Origin: an uncultured Actinomycetes bacterium
GTDB taxonomy: Bacteria > Actinomycetota > Acidimicrobiia > IMCC26256 > PALSA-610
Length of the DNA stretch: 64,000 nt
Assembly: GCA_963701825.1 (NCBI GenBank)
Contig: CAVPBG010000003.1
Span: forward strand, 1,072,043 to 1,136,042
Direction: 5' to 3'
Of the stretch, positions 30,963-40,602 are shown piece after piece; position 1 is the first letter of the stretch; each line of letters opens with the position of its first letter. Both the position numbers and the translations under genes were made by a program. Under the pieces are notes generated by a model that saw only the letters and a program-made list of their open reading frames with translations, was not told the DNA's origin and ran no database searches.

Positions 30963-31697
30963 ATGAGCCGCGACGAAGCCACCGCAACGTCCCCGCCCGC
31001 TGCGTCGGGGGCCGACCGCGCCAAGCCGACCTGGCGGGAGCTCGCCGTGGCCCGGTCACTCGACCCGGCCCGGGCGCGCGCCGAGAACCGCGTGCAGCGC
31101 TACATCGATGCCGCGTTCGAGTTGATGAACAGCGACTCGGGCAGCGATTTCACCGTGCAAGAAGTAGTCGAACGTTCGGGACAGTCGCTGCGCGGGTTCT
31201 ACCAATACTTCGCGGGCAAGCACGAGCTGCTGCTCGCGGTGTTCGAGGAGTCCATCGGAGCCACCGCCGAGCATCTGCGCGACGCGGTCGCCGAGGAGAA
31301 GGACCCGCTCGAGCGCCTGCACCGCTTCGCGGTCGAGTACTACGACCTCTGCCGGCCGGTGCCGAAGGCCAAGGCCGCCAAGGCGAACAAGGCAACGAAG
31401 AAGCGTGCGACCCCGGCCATCGCCGAGTTCGCGCAGCAGTTGCTCACGTCGCATCCCAAGGAAGCGGCGCGCGCGTTCGTTCCGCTCGTGTCACTGTTCG
31501 AGCAACTGCTCGACGACGCCGCCGCGGCCGACGAGATCCGGTCCGACCTCCCGCACGCGTGGCTCGCCGGTGTACTCCTGCAGGCGATCATGTTCAACGC
31601 GTTCGCGGCGATCATCAGCGGCGCGTCGGCCCGCGCCGACACGCACGACGCGGAGAACCTCTGGCAGCTCCTGCTCGTCGGTATCAGCTCACACTGA
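30963..31697 (+). CDS. TetR-family regulator
   Basis: HTH FTVQEVVERSGQSLRGFYQYF. Confidence 0.9.
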   Translation: MSRDEATATSPPAASGADRAKPTWRELAVARSLDPARARAENRVQRYIDAAFELMNSDSGSDFTVQEVVERSGQSLRGFYQYFAGKHELLLAVFEESIGATAEHLRDAVAEEKDPLERLHRFAVEYYDLCRPVPKAKAAKANKATKKRATPAIAEFAQQLLTSHPKEAARAFVPLVSLFEQLLDDAAAADEIRSDLPHAWLAGVLLQAIMFNAFAAIISGASARADTHDAENLWQLLLVGISSH

Positions 31698-31713
31698 CGC
31701 GCAACACGACCCC

Positions 31714-32970
31714 TTACGACGTCGTGTCGTCGCGGTACACCTGACCGCCCTTCATCACGAAGCACACGCGCTCGGTCACGCAGATGTCGGCCGTCGGGTC
31801 GCCGGGTACACCGATCACGTCGGCGAACAGACCGGCCTGCAGCCGCCCGCGGTCGTCGACGTCGATCAGGTCCGCGGCCACGGTGGTAGCGGCCCGGATG
31901 GCCTGCGCGGGAGTCATCCCCCGCTCGACCAACGCGACGAGCTCCTTGGCGTTGCGGCCGTGCGGGATCGCGGGCGCATCCGTGCCGCACGCGACCTTCA
32001 CGCCGGCCGCGATGGCCTTGCTGATCGTCCGCTTCGCCTGCGGGAACACCTCCGCCGCTTTGGCCTGCAGGTCGGGCGGGGCGTGCGACACATCCAAACC
32101 GTCGGCGAGGTAGGTCGTCGCCACGAGGAACGTGCCCCGTTCGACGAGGAGCGCGATCGTCTCGTCGGTCATCAGCGAGCCGTGCTCGATGCAGTCGATG
32201 CCCGCCTCGACCGCGGCGCGAATTCCCGCGTCGCCGTGCGCGTGCGCGGCGACGCGCAACCCGGCCCGATGCGCTTCGTCGACGACGACCCGCAGCTCCT
32301 CGTCGGAGTACTGCTGCGCGCCCGCGGGCCCGGTGTGCGACATCACGCCGCCCGACGCGCACACCTTGATCAGTTGCGCGCCGTATTTGATCTGATAGCG
32401 CACCGCTTTTCGGACTTCGCTCGGACCGTTCGCGATTCCCTCTTCGACGGTGAGCGGCATGATGTGCGGCGCCAGCGCCTGGAACATCGTGGGGTCGAGG
32501 TGGCCGCCGGTCGGACAGATCGCGTGGCCCGCCGGAACGACGCGCGGGCCGTCGATCCACCCGAAGTCGATCGCCTTCTTCAGCGAGACATCGAGCAGCA
32601 GCCCTCCGGTCTGGATGAACAGGCCGAGGTTGCGCACGGTCGTGAAACCGGCGCGCAGCGTGCGGCGCGCGTTGGCGACGGCGCGCAACGTGCGCAGTGC
32701 GGGATCGTCCTGCACCGCGTTCAGCGGGCTGTCGTGATTGGGGCCCCCGAGCAGGAGGTTGACCTCCATGTCCATGAGGCCCGGTAGCAGCGTGATGTCG
32801 CCGAGGTCCATGACGACCGCATCGTCGGGGATGGAGGCCGGCGCGACGGCCGTGATGCGCTCGCCCTCGATCAGGAGACTGCCGGGCTCGATGATGCGGC
32901 CCGAGTCGACGTCGAGCATGCGCGCGCTGCGCAGGTGTACCGGCGGCTGCGGGATTCGCGGGCGGGGCAT
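31714..32970 (-). CDS. Metal-dependent amidohydrolase (Xaa-Pro dipeptidase-like)
   Basis: LLPGLMD, IKVCASGGV, AAHAHG, IEHGS, GTD. Confidence 0.88.
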   Translation of the reverse strand: MPRPRIPQPPVHLRSARMLDVDSGRIIEPGSLLIEGERITAVAPASIPDDAVVMDLGDITLLPGLMDMEVNLLLGGPNHDSPLNAVQDDPALRTLRAVANARRTLRAGFTTVRNLGLFIQTGGLLLDVSLKKAIDFGWIDGPRVVPAGHAICPTGGHLDPTMFQALAPHIMPLTVEEGIANGPSEVRKAVRYQIKYGAQLIKVCASGGVMSHTGPAGAQQYSDEELRVVVDEAHRAGLRVAAHAHGDAGIRAAVEAGIDCIEHGSLMTDETIALLVERGTFLVATTYLADGLDVSHAPPDLQAKAAEVFPQAKRTISKAIAAGVKVACGTDAPAIPHGRNAKELVALVERGMTPAQAIRAATTVAADLIDVDDRGRLQAGLFADVIGVPGDPTADICVTERVCFVMKGGQVYRDDTTS

Positions 32971-32981
32971 GCGGAACTCCT

Positions 32982-33018
32982 ACTACTGAGGTTCTCGATT
33001 TACGAGAACCCTATTATC
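32982..33018. promoter_or_regulatory. Tandem 15-bp GAGAA-N5-TTCTC-like candidate operators
   Basis: actactgaggttctc (32982) and gagaaccctattatc (33004), 22-bp period. Confidence 0.5.
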
Positions 33019-33837
33019 GCGGCCCGCGCCCGTCCGCGCTCACCCCGGAAACGCGCGGCGAGATGCCCGGGCATGTCCGGGTAGCGCTGCGTGTGCGCGC
33101 CCCGGTCGACGAGATGGAGACCTCCCGAGATCGACGACGACTCGTCGGAGGCGAGAAAGACCACGAGGTTGGCCACATCCGCCGCGCTGGTGGTCGTCGC
33201 GAGCGGCGCGTTCTCGTCGAACTCCTCGACCACTCCCGGGATGAGCCACATGCCTTCGGTGAGGCCGGTGCGGACGAGGCCGGGCCCGATCGCGTTGACG
33301 CGGATCCCCGCGCCGCCGAGCTCCAGCGCCCCGACCTGCGCCAGCATCGCGAGCGCGGCCTTGGTGCAGCAGTATGCGCCCATGCCCGCCGCGGGCTGTA
33401 CCGCGTTCAAGCTCGCGGTGAGCACGATCGATCCGCCGACCGGCATGTGCCGCGCCGCGTGCTTCACGGTGAACAGCGGGCCGAGCAGGTTCACCTCGAT
33501 CACGCGCTGTCCACTCCGCCCCGTCGGTGTCGACGATGGGCCCGAACGAACCGGTACCCGCGTTCGCGAACGCGATGTCGAGACGGCCGAAGCGTTCGAC
33601 CGCGGCCGCGATCAACGCTTCGACATCGCCTTCGGCGCGCACGTCGCAGCGCTGCCAACCGACCGCGCCGTCGATCTCCGATTCGGCTCGCGCCAGCCCC
33701 TCGACGTCGACGTCGCCGAGCATGACGCTCGCACCCTCCGCCGCGAAGCGGTGCGCGGTGGCGAGCCCGATCCCCGACGCACCGCCGGTGATCACCGCCA
33801 CCTTGTCGGCCAGGCGTCCGGTGGACGACAGTGTCAT
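33000..33837 (-). CDS. SDR oxidoreductase; frameshift near 33508, true stop uncertain (33000-33040)
   Basis: TGGASGIG and ANAG in one frame; VNLLG, YCCTK, GPGLV in another. Confidence 0.8.
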
Positions 33838-33888
33838 GGTGTTCTCCTCCGCGCGCACGCGCTCACGTCAGTTGACGTATCCGACCGT

Positions 33889-33904
33889 AAAGATATAGAC
33901 ATAT
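33889..33904. promoter_or_regulatory. AAAnnTWTAGAYRTnT candidate operator
   Basis: aaagatatagacatat; similar to 38468 and 54989. Confidence 0.4.
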
Positions 33905-33909
33905 CGACG

Positions 33910-34716
33910 ATGTCGTACCACCCGAACATCCGCATCGAGCGGGACGAGCACGTGGCGACGGTAACCCTCGACCGACCCGAGTCGAGGAACGCGTGCACCG
34001 GCGACATGTGGGTCGCGCTCGGCGCGACGTTCCGCGAAATCGCGTACTCCGGTGCCCGGGTCGTGATCCTCACCGGCGCGGGCGGCCACTTCTGTGCGGG
34101 CGCCGACCTCGCGAGCACCAGTGAGCCCCGCACGAACGCCGACGGCACGCCGGTGCAACCCGCGAACAACCTCTACGGGATGCGCGTACTCGGTGATGTC
34201 GTGCTCGCCGTTCACGACTGCCCGATCCCGGTCGTGGCCAAGGTCGAAGGCATCTGCGTGGGCGCCGGGCTCGGCCTCGCGCTCGCGGCCGACATGATCT
34301 GGTGCGCCGACGACGCGCGGTTCTCGGCCATCTTCGCCAAGCGGGGGCTCAGCCTCGACTTCGGCAGCTCGTGGCTGCTGCGCCAACGCATCGGATTGCA
34401 CAAGGCGAAGGAACTGACCTTCACCGGCAAGATCATCAGCGGCACCGAGGCGTTCGAGCTCGGCCTGGTGAACGCAGCCGTGCCCACCGGCGAGCTCGAC
34501 GCGGCAACCCGTGAGGTCGTCGACGCGATCGCGGCCGGTCCGCCGATCGCGTTGTCGATGTCGAAGCGCGAGCTCGACAATGCATCTTCGTCGTCACTGG
34601 CGCAGGCCCTCGAAGTCGAGGCGCTGGCGCAGGGCGTGAACGTGCACACCGACGACATGCGCGAAGCATTCGTCGCGTACATGAAGCGGCAGACGCCGAA
34701 TTTCACAGGCCACTAG
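33910..34716 (+). CDS. Enoyl-CoA hydratase/isomerase family
   Basis: HFCAGADL, PVVAKVEGICVGAG. Confidence 0.9.
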   Translation: MSYHPNIRIERDEHVATVTLDRPESRNACTGDMWVALGATFREIAYSGARVVILTGAGGHFCAGADLASTSEPRTNADGTPVQPANNLYGMRVLGDVVLAVHDCPIPVVAKVEGICVGAGLGLALAADMIWCADDARFSAIFAKRGLSLDFGSSWLLRQRIGLHKAKELTFTGKIISGTEAFELGLVNAAVPTGELDAATREVVDAIAAGPPIALSMSKRELDNASSSSLAQALEVEALAQGVNVHTDDMREAFVAYMKRQTPNFTGH

Positions 34717-34751
34717 GACTCCCGGTCGCGGGAAGTCAGACAGGAGCCGGC

Positions 34752-35561
34752 ATGTCGTTCATCGAGTACGAGGCGAGCGAGCGCATCGCCACGATCACGC
34801 TCAACCGACCCGAAGCGGCCAACGCACAGACGCTCGAGCTCCTCGACGACCTCGACGCCGCGTGGCAGCAGGCCGCGGTTGATCCCGAAGTACGGGTCAT
34901 CATCCTGCAGTCGAACGGGAAGCACTTCTCCGCGGGCCACGACATCAAGTCGGTCGGGAGCGAGGAGAAGACGAGCTGGACGCTCGCCGAGATCTACGAG
35001 ATCGAGGCCCGCCGATTCCTCGAGTATTCGCTGCGTTGGCGCAACGTGCCCAAGCCGTCGATCGCCGCCGTGCAGGGCGTGTGCATCTCCGGCGGACTGC
35101 TGTTGTGCTGGCCGTGCGACCTCATCATCGCGGCCGACAACGCCACGTTCTCCGATCCCGTGGTGAACATGGGCATCGGCGGCGTCGAGTACCACGGGCA
35201 CACGTGGGAGTGGGGCGCACGCAAGGCCAAGGAGATGCTCTTCACCGGGCGCAAGATGACCGCGCTGGAAGCGGAACGCCTGGGCATGGTGAACCGTGTC
35301 GTGCCGCTCGATGATCTCCGCTCGGAGACGCGCGCGCTCGCGGCCGAGATCGCGACGAAGCATCCGTTCGCGCTGCGGCAGGCCAAACGCGCGGTGAACC
35401 AGACCCTCGACGTGCAGGGTTTCTATGCCGCGATCCAATCGGTGTTCGACATCCATCAGACCGGGCACGGGCATGCGCTGAGCGAGTCGGGCCTGCCGAT
35501 CCTGATGCTGCTCGACGGCATGAAGGCCGAGCTGGAAAAGCCGGCGCCCACGCGCTCGTGA
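34752..35561 (+). CDS. Enoyl-CoA hydratase/isomerase family
   Basis: HFSAGHD, KPSIAAVQGVCISGG. Confidence 0.9.
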   Translation: MSFIEYEASERIATITLNRPEAANAQTLELLDDLDAAWQQAAVDPEVRVIILQSNGKHFSAGHDIKSVGSEEKTSWTLAEIYEIEARRFLEYSLRWRNVPKPSIAAVQGVCISGGLLLCWPCDLIIAADNATFSDPVVNMGIGGVEYHGHTWEWGARKAKEMLFTGRKMTALEAERLGMVNRVVPLDDLRSETRALAAEIATKHPFALRQAKRAVNQTLDVQGFYAAIQSVFDIHQTGHGHALSESGLPILMLLDGMKAELEKPAPTRS

Positions 35562-36769
35562 GCGCGCCGACCCGGCCGCTCGTGGACTTCCCTGTCTTCG
35601 ACGCCGACCAGCATCTCTACGAGGCCGAAGACGCACTGACCCGCTGCCTGCCGGCCACGCACAAAGACCTGTTCCGCATGGTCGACGTGAACGGCCGCAA
35701 GAAGCTCGTCGTGCGCAATGTCATCACCGAGTTCATCCCGAACCCCACGTTCGAAGTGGTGGCGCAGCCGGGATCGCACATGGCGTTCTACGCGGGTGAG
35801 AACCCGGACGGGAAGACGCTGCGCGAGCTCACGGGCAAGCCCATGCGCGCCATCCCCGCGTTCCGCGAGCCGCCCGCGCGCCTGCAGATGCTCGACGAGC
35901 AAGGCATCTACGCGAGCCTCATGTTCCCGACCCTCGCCAGCCTCATCGAGGAACGGCTCCGCGACGATCCGATGCTCACGCAGGTCGCGATCCACGCGTT
36001 CAACGAGTGGCTCTTCGAGGACTGGACCTACGACTACCAGGGCCGCATCTTCGCGACCCCGATCGTCACACCGTGCGACGTCGCGAGCGGGATCGCCGAG
36101 CTCGAACACGTGTTGGCGCGTGGCGCGAAAGCAGTGCTCGTCCGCCCCGCGCCGGTCGCGAACCTGCGCGGCCTGCGCTCGCCGTTCCTGCCGGAGTTCG
36201 ACCCGTTCTGGGCGCGTATCGAAGAGGCGGGCGTGCTCGTTGCGATGCACGCCTCCGACAGCGGGTACCAGGACTACTTGAACACGTGGGAAGGAAGCAG
36301 CGGCGAGTACGTGGCCTTCCGGCCCAAGACGTTCGCGTACGTGGCCGACGGCGGGCGCACGATTCATGACGCACTGGCGTCGGCGATCTGTCACGGCATG
36401 CTCGACCGCTTCCCCGGTGTGCGTTTGATCAGCGTCGAGAACGGCGGCAGCTGGGTCGGTTTGCTGGCCCGGAACCTCGTGACCGCGTGGAAGAAGATGC
36501 CGAAGGAGTTCCCGACCCATCCGCTCGAAGTGCTGCGCCGCAACGTGTGGATCAACCCGTTCTGGGAGGACTCCCTCGACGACGTGATCACGCTGATGGG
36601 CGCTGACCGCGTGTGTTTCGGTTCCGACTTCCCGCACCCGGAAGGGCTCGCGGAACCCCTGTCGTTCGCCGATCAGCTCGGCGGCGTCGCGCCGGCAGAC
36701 CGCGAACGCGTGATGTCGGCGAACATGTTCGAGCTCATGGGCGTCGCCCGCCCGGCTCGAACCACATGA
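35558..36769 (+). CDS. Amidohydrolase_2-family protein
   Basis: FDADQH, MHASD, FGSDFPHPEG. Confidence 0.9.
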   Translation: MSAPTRPLVDFPVFDADQHLYEAEDALTRCLPATHKDLFRMVDVNGRKKLVVRNVITEFIPNPTFEVVAQPGSHMAFYAGENPDGKTLRELTGKPMRAIPAFREPPARLQMLDEQGIYASLMFPTLASLIEERLRDDPMLTQVAIHAFNEWLFEDWTYDYQGRIFATPIVTPCDVASGIAELEHVLARGAKAVLVRPAPVANLRGLRSPFLPEFDPFWARIEEAGVLVAMHASDSGYQDYLNTWEGSSGEYVAFRPKTFAYVADGGRTIHDALASAICHGMLDRFPGVRLISVENGGSWVGLLARNLVTAWKKMPKEFPTHPLEVLRRNVWINPFWEDSLDDVITLMGADRVCFGSDFPHPEGLAEPLSFADQLGGVAPADRERVMSANMFELMGVARPARTT

Positions 36770-36790
36770 CCGACCCGCGAGGCTACGTCG

Positions 36791-38423
36791 CTACGTCGTC
36801 GCGTTGACCGCGTCTTCGGCGAGCACCTTCGCGCTCGCGTAGTCGGCCTTGCCGTTGGCGAGTCGGGGTACGAGGTCGACGACCACGATCGCGCGCGGCG
36901 CCTTGAAGCGCGCGAGCGACGCGGCGACGAACTCCCGTAGGTCGGCGGGCGACGCGACCGCACCGTCGCGCAGCTTCACCACGGCCACGACCTCTTGCCC
37001 GAACCGGTCCGATGGCCGCCCCACGACGATCGCGTCGAGCACGTCGGGATGTTGGCGGAGCACACCTTCCACCTCTTCGACGTACACCTTCTCGCCGCCG
37101 GTGTTGACGACCATCGAGTCGCGGCCGAGCATCACGATCCGCCCGTCGGGTTCGAGGCGCGCCCGATCGCCGGGAACGCTGACGCGCTGACCGTCGATGA
37201 CCGGGAACGTGCGCTCGGTCGCCTCCCGGTCGTTGAGATACGCGAGCGGTACGCGGCCGCGCCGCGCGGTCCAACCGGTCTCGTCTTCACCCGGCTGCAG
37301 ATAGCGGCTGCGGTCGGCCGAGAGCACCGCCGCACCGAGCGCGGGCGCAAACGACCGCGATTGCGCGTCGCGGGTCCACGTCCCGAACGCCATCCCGCCC
37401 GTCTCCGACGCCCCGTAGCCATCGATGATCGTCACGTGCGGCAGGAGATCGACGAGCGCCTCCTTGTAGCGCTCGTTCGTCGCCGCGCCGCCGGTCGCGA
37501 GCGCGAGCAACGACGAGAGGTCGTAGTCACCGCGCTGCAGCTCTTCGACGATGGGCCGTGTGTACGCGTCGCCGACGATCGACATCAGCGACACCTTTTC
37601 GCGCGCCGCCGTCGCCACGATCGTCCGCGCGTCGAAGGGTTGCGAATCGTCATGGATGACGATCGTGGCACCCATGTGCATGCCACCGAACGCGGTCCAC
37701 TGCGCGGCGCCGTGCATGAGCGGCGGCGCCGCGAACCACGTGGCGCCGCCCGCGAGCGCAGTGGCACGCAACGACTCCGCGGTCGTCGCGTCGGATCCGC
37801 CCATCGCCGCGACGAACACATCGGCCTGACGCCACAGCACGCCCTTGGGGCGGCCGGTCGTACCGCCCGTGCAGACCATGTAGAGGTCGTCGGGCGACGG
37901 CACCGGAAGTGTGTCGGCGCGGAGGTCGGTACGGCACGCGTCCTCGAAGTTCGTGCTACCGGGAAGCGGCGCCACCCCGGAGTCGTCGTCGACATCGACG
38001 AGCACGATCGGCGTATCCGGCAGTGCCTCGGCAACCAGCGGACCCAGTCGACGGTGGTACACGACGACGACGGGTTCGATGATGCCGAACAGATCGCGGA
38101 CCTCCGCAGGCCGGTAGTGCTGGTTGACGTTGAAGGGAACCGCACGGGCCCGAAAGCAGCCGAGCATGGCTTCGATGTACTCGGGACAGTTGAACAGCGC
38201 GAGCGCGACCCGATCCTGACCCGACTCCCAACGCTCGAGTGTCTCCCGCTCGCGATGCGCGCCGACACCGCCGCGCAGTGAGGAACGCGGCAAAGCCCTT
38301 CGTACGCGCCACCGCGGCGCCGTAGGTCAGCCGCTTCGACTTCCAGACGACCATGTCGCGCTCGGGCACGGCGCCCGCGATGACATCGTGCACCGCCGGC
38401 AGGGACCATTCGACCGGGGTCAT
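36791..38423 (-). CDS. Acyl-CoA synthetase (FadD19-like); frameshift near 38270
   Basis: CTGGTTGRPKG, YGASETG, NTGGEKVY; N-terminus MTPVEWSLPAVHD in another frame. Confidence 0.85.
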
Positions 38424-38467
38424 TCGAGTCTCACTCCCCCGAACCGTCGACCCTCGGCGGCTCCGGG

Positions 38468-38483
38468 AAAAGTTTAGATGTTT
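38468..38483. promoter_or_regulatory. AAAnnTWTAGAYRTnT candidate operator
   Basis: aaaagtttagatgttt upstream of the acyl-CoA synthetase. Confidence 0.4.
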
Positions 38484-38514
38484 CGACTCAGCTGTGCTCG
38501 CGCCGGTACGCGCC

Positions 38515-39336
38515 TCAGCGCTTGCGCCACTCCGGGCGCTGACCGGAGGCAAAGCGGTCCTGGCCCGCCTTGAACGCGGCCGCGTCGGAACCGATGCGCG
38601 TGAAGAGGTTGGCGAGGCCGATGGCCTGGGTCCGCGGAACCTCGAGCGCCGTCCAGAGCGCGCGCATCGTTCCCTGGATCGCCAACGGCGGCGAATCGGC
38701 GATCACCCGCGCCGCCCAGCCCGCCCGTTCGCGCAGTTCGTCGCGCGGCACTACTTCGGTGACGAGCCCGATCTCGCGGGCGCGCTCGGCCGTCATCCGC
38801 TCGTGTACGCCGAGCAGCGACATCCGCATCACTTCGGGGAACGGCATCTTGTTGAGCATCTCGATGGGCTCGAACGCGGCCGTCATGCCGTACGTCACGT
38901 GCGGATCGAAGAAGGTCGCGTCGTCGGAGGCGATGATGAACTCCGTCTCGCCGAGCATGTAGAACGCGCCGCCGCACGCCATGCCGTGCACCGCCGCGAT
39001 CACCGGCTTCCAGAGATCGCAGGTCTTCGGGCCGAGGTCGCGGCCCGGGTCGTCGTACATCCACGGCGTCGGGTAGCCCGGGTAGTTGCCGGCCGCCATC
39101 GCCGCGTTGTTGTCGTCGGAGACCGCCTCGCCCCGATCGATGCCCGTGCAGAACGCTTCGCCTTCGGCCGTCAGCACGATGCAACGAACGTCGTCGTCGT
39201 AACGGAAGTCGTGCCAGACCGAGTGGATCTCGTCCTGCATCTTCTGATTGATGGCGTTGCGCACGGCCGGGCGGTTGAGCGACACCCACGCGATGCCGTC
39301 GTCTTTGGTGACCAGAATCGTTTCGTAGTCCGACAT
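38515..39336 (-). CDS. Enoyl-CoA hydratase/isomerase family
   Basis: AFCTGID, KPVIAAVHGMACGG; paralog of 3831-4667. Confidence 0.9.
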   Translation of the reverse strand: MSDYETILVTKDDGIAWVSLNRPAVRNAINQKMQDEIHSVWHDFRYDDDVRCIVLTAEGEAFCTGIDRGEAVSDDNNAAMAAGNYPGYPTPWMYDDPGRDLGPKTCDLWKPVIAAVHGMACGGAFYMLGETEFIIASDDATFFDPHVTYGMTAAFEPIEMLNKMPFPEVMRMSLLGVHERMTAERAREIGLVTEVVPRDELRERAGWAARVIADSPPLAIQGTMRALWTALEVPRTQAIGLANLFTRIGSDAAAFKAGQDRFASGQRPEWRKR

Positions 39337-39369
39337 GCGGGCGAGCATACGCGGCCGGTATTTGGGAGC

Positions 39370-39387
39370 TTGTACCGGTCGGTCCAA
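39370..39387. promoter_or_regulatory. TTGTAC-N6-GTACAA candidate operator
   Basis: ttgtac-cggtcg-gtccaa in a divergent promoter. Confidence 0.65.
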
Positions 39388-39399
39388 TAAGATCTGACC

Positions 39400-40533
39400 G
39401 TGGACTTCTCGCTCACCGAAGCCGAACGCGACCTCGTGGGACTGTGCCGCGACTTCGCGCAACGGGAGATCGCGCCGCGCGCCCCGCTCGCGTGGGAGGA
39501 GGCGCGGTGTCCCACTGATCTCTTGCGCGAGATGGGCGCGCTGGGACTCCTCGGCATGCTGATCCCCGAGCAGTGGGGCGGCATCGGCATGTCGACGGTT
39601 GGTTTCGTCGCGGCGATGGAACAGATCGGTCTCGCCGACCAGTCGGTGGCCGCCGCGTGGCAGGCGCACGTGACGATCGGATCGTTGCCCCTCTACCTCT
39701 TCGGCAACGACACGCAACGCGAACGTTGGCTGCGACCGCTCGCCGAAGGACGCGCGCTCGGCGCGTTCGGCCTGACCGAACCCGACGCCGGTTCCGACGC
39801 GCGCGGCATCTCGACGCGCGCGGTACGGCACGACGGCGGCTGGCTGATCAACGGGCGCAAGGCGTTCATCTCCAACGCGGGAACCGACATGTCGTTCGGC
39901 GTGACGTTGCTGGCCCGCACAGAAGGCGATTCGTTCGCCAGCTTCGTCGTCGAGAAGGACACGCCCGGATTCACGATGGGACCGAAGCTGCGCGGCATCG
40001 GTTGGCGCGGCCTCGACACGCGCGAATTGTTTTTCGACGACGTGTGGGTGAGCGACGAGCACCTCGTCGGCGATCCTGCGTTGGGCATCAACCAGTTCCT
40101 GAGCACGCTCGAAGTCGGCCGCATCTCGATCGCGGCGTTGTCGCTGAGCCTCACCCAGGCCGTGCTCGACCTCGCCCTCGACTACGCCCGCGAGCGTGTG
40201 CAGTTCGGCAAGCCCATCGCCAAGTTCCAGGCCACCCAGTTCAAGCTCGCCGACATCGCGACCGAGCTCGAAGCGGCGCGCTGGCTCACGTATCGCGCCG
40301 CGTACCTCCGCGACACCGGCCAACCGTTTCTCAAGGAAGCGTCGATGGCGAAGTTGAAGGCCAGCCGGCTCGCGGTCGCGGCGGCCTCGGAAGCGGTGCA
40401 GATCCACGGTGGCATCGGGTACATGCTCGAGACCCCCGTCGCCCGCTTCTACTGCGACGCCAAAGTGCTCGAGATCGGCGAAGGCACCAACGAGATCCAG
40501 CACGTGGTGATCGCCCGCGAACTCGGCTGCTGA
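39400..40533 (+). CDS. Acyl-CoA dehydrogenase
   Basis: FGLTEPDAGSD, RVQFGKPI, QIHGGIGY, EIGEGTNEI. Confidence 0.93.
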   Translation: MDFSLTEAERDLVGLCRDFAQREIAPRAPLAWEEARCPTDLLREMGALGLLGMLIPEQWGGIGMSTVGFVAAMEQIGLADQSVAAAWQAHVTIGSLPLYLFGNDTQRERWLRPLAEGRALGAFGLTEPDAGSDARGISTRAVRHDGGWLINGRKAFISNAGTDMSFGVTLLARTEGDSFASFVVEKDTPGFTMGPKLRGIGWRGLDTRELFFDDVWVSDEHLVGDPALGINQFLSTLEVGRISIAALSLSLTQAVLDLALDYARERVQFGKPIAKFQATQFKLADIATELEAARWLTYRAAYLRDTGQPFLKEASMAKLKASRLAVAAASEAVQIHGGIGYMLETPVARFYCDAKVLEIGEGTNEIQHVVIARELGC

Positions 40534-40546
40534 GCCCTAGAAAACT

Positions 40547-40597
40547 CGAACTGTCGTGAGTTAGGTGCGATATACGCACCTAAGTCACGACGGTTCG
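40547..40597. repeat. 51-bp palindromic repeat, copy 3
   Basis: cgaactgtcgtgagtt-aggtgcg-atata-cgcacct-aagtcacgacggttcg between convergent genes. Confidence 0.92.
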
Positions 40598-40602
40598 CTT
40601 CT

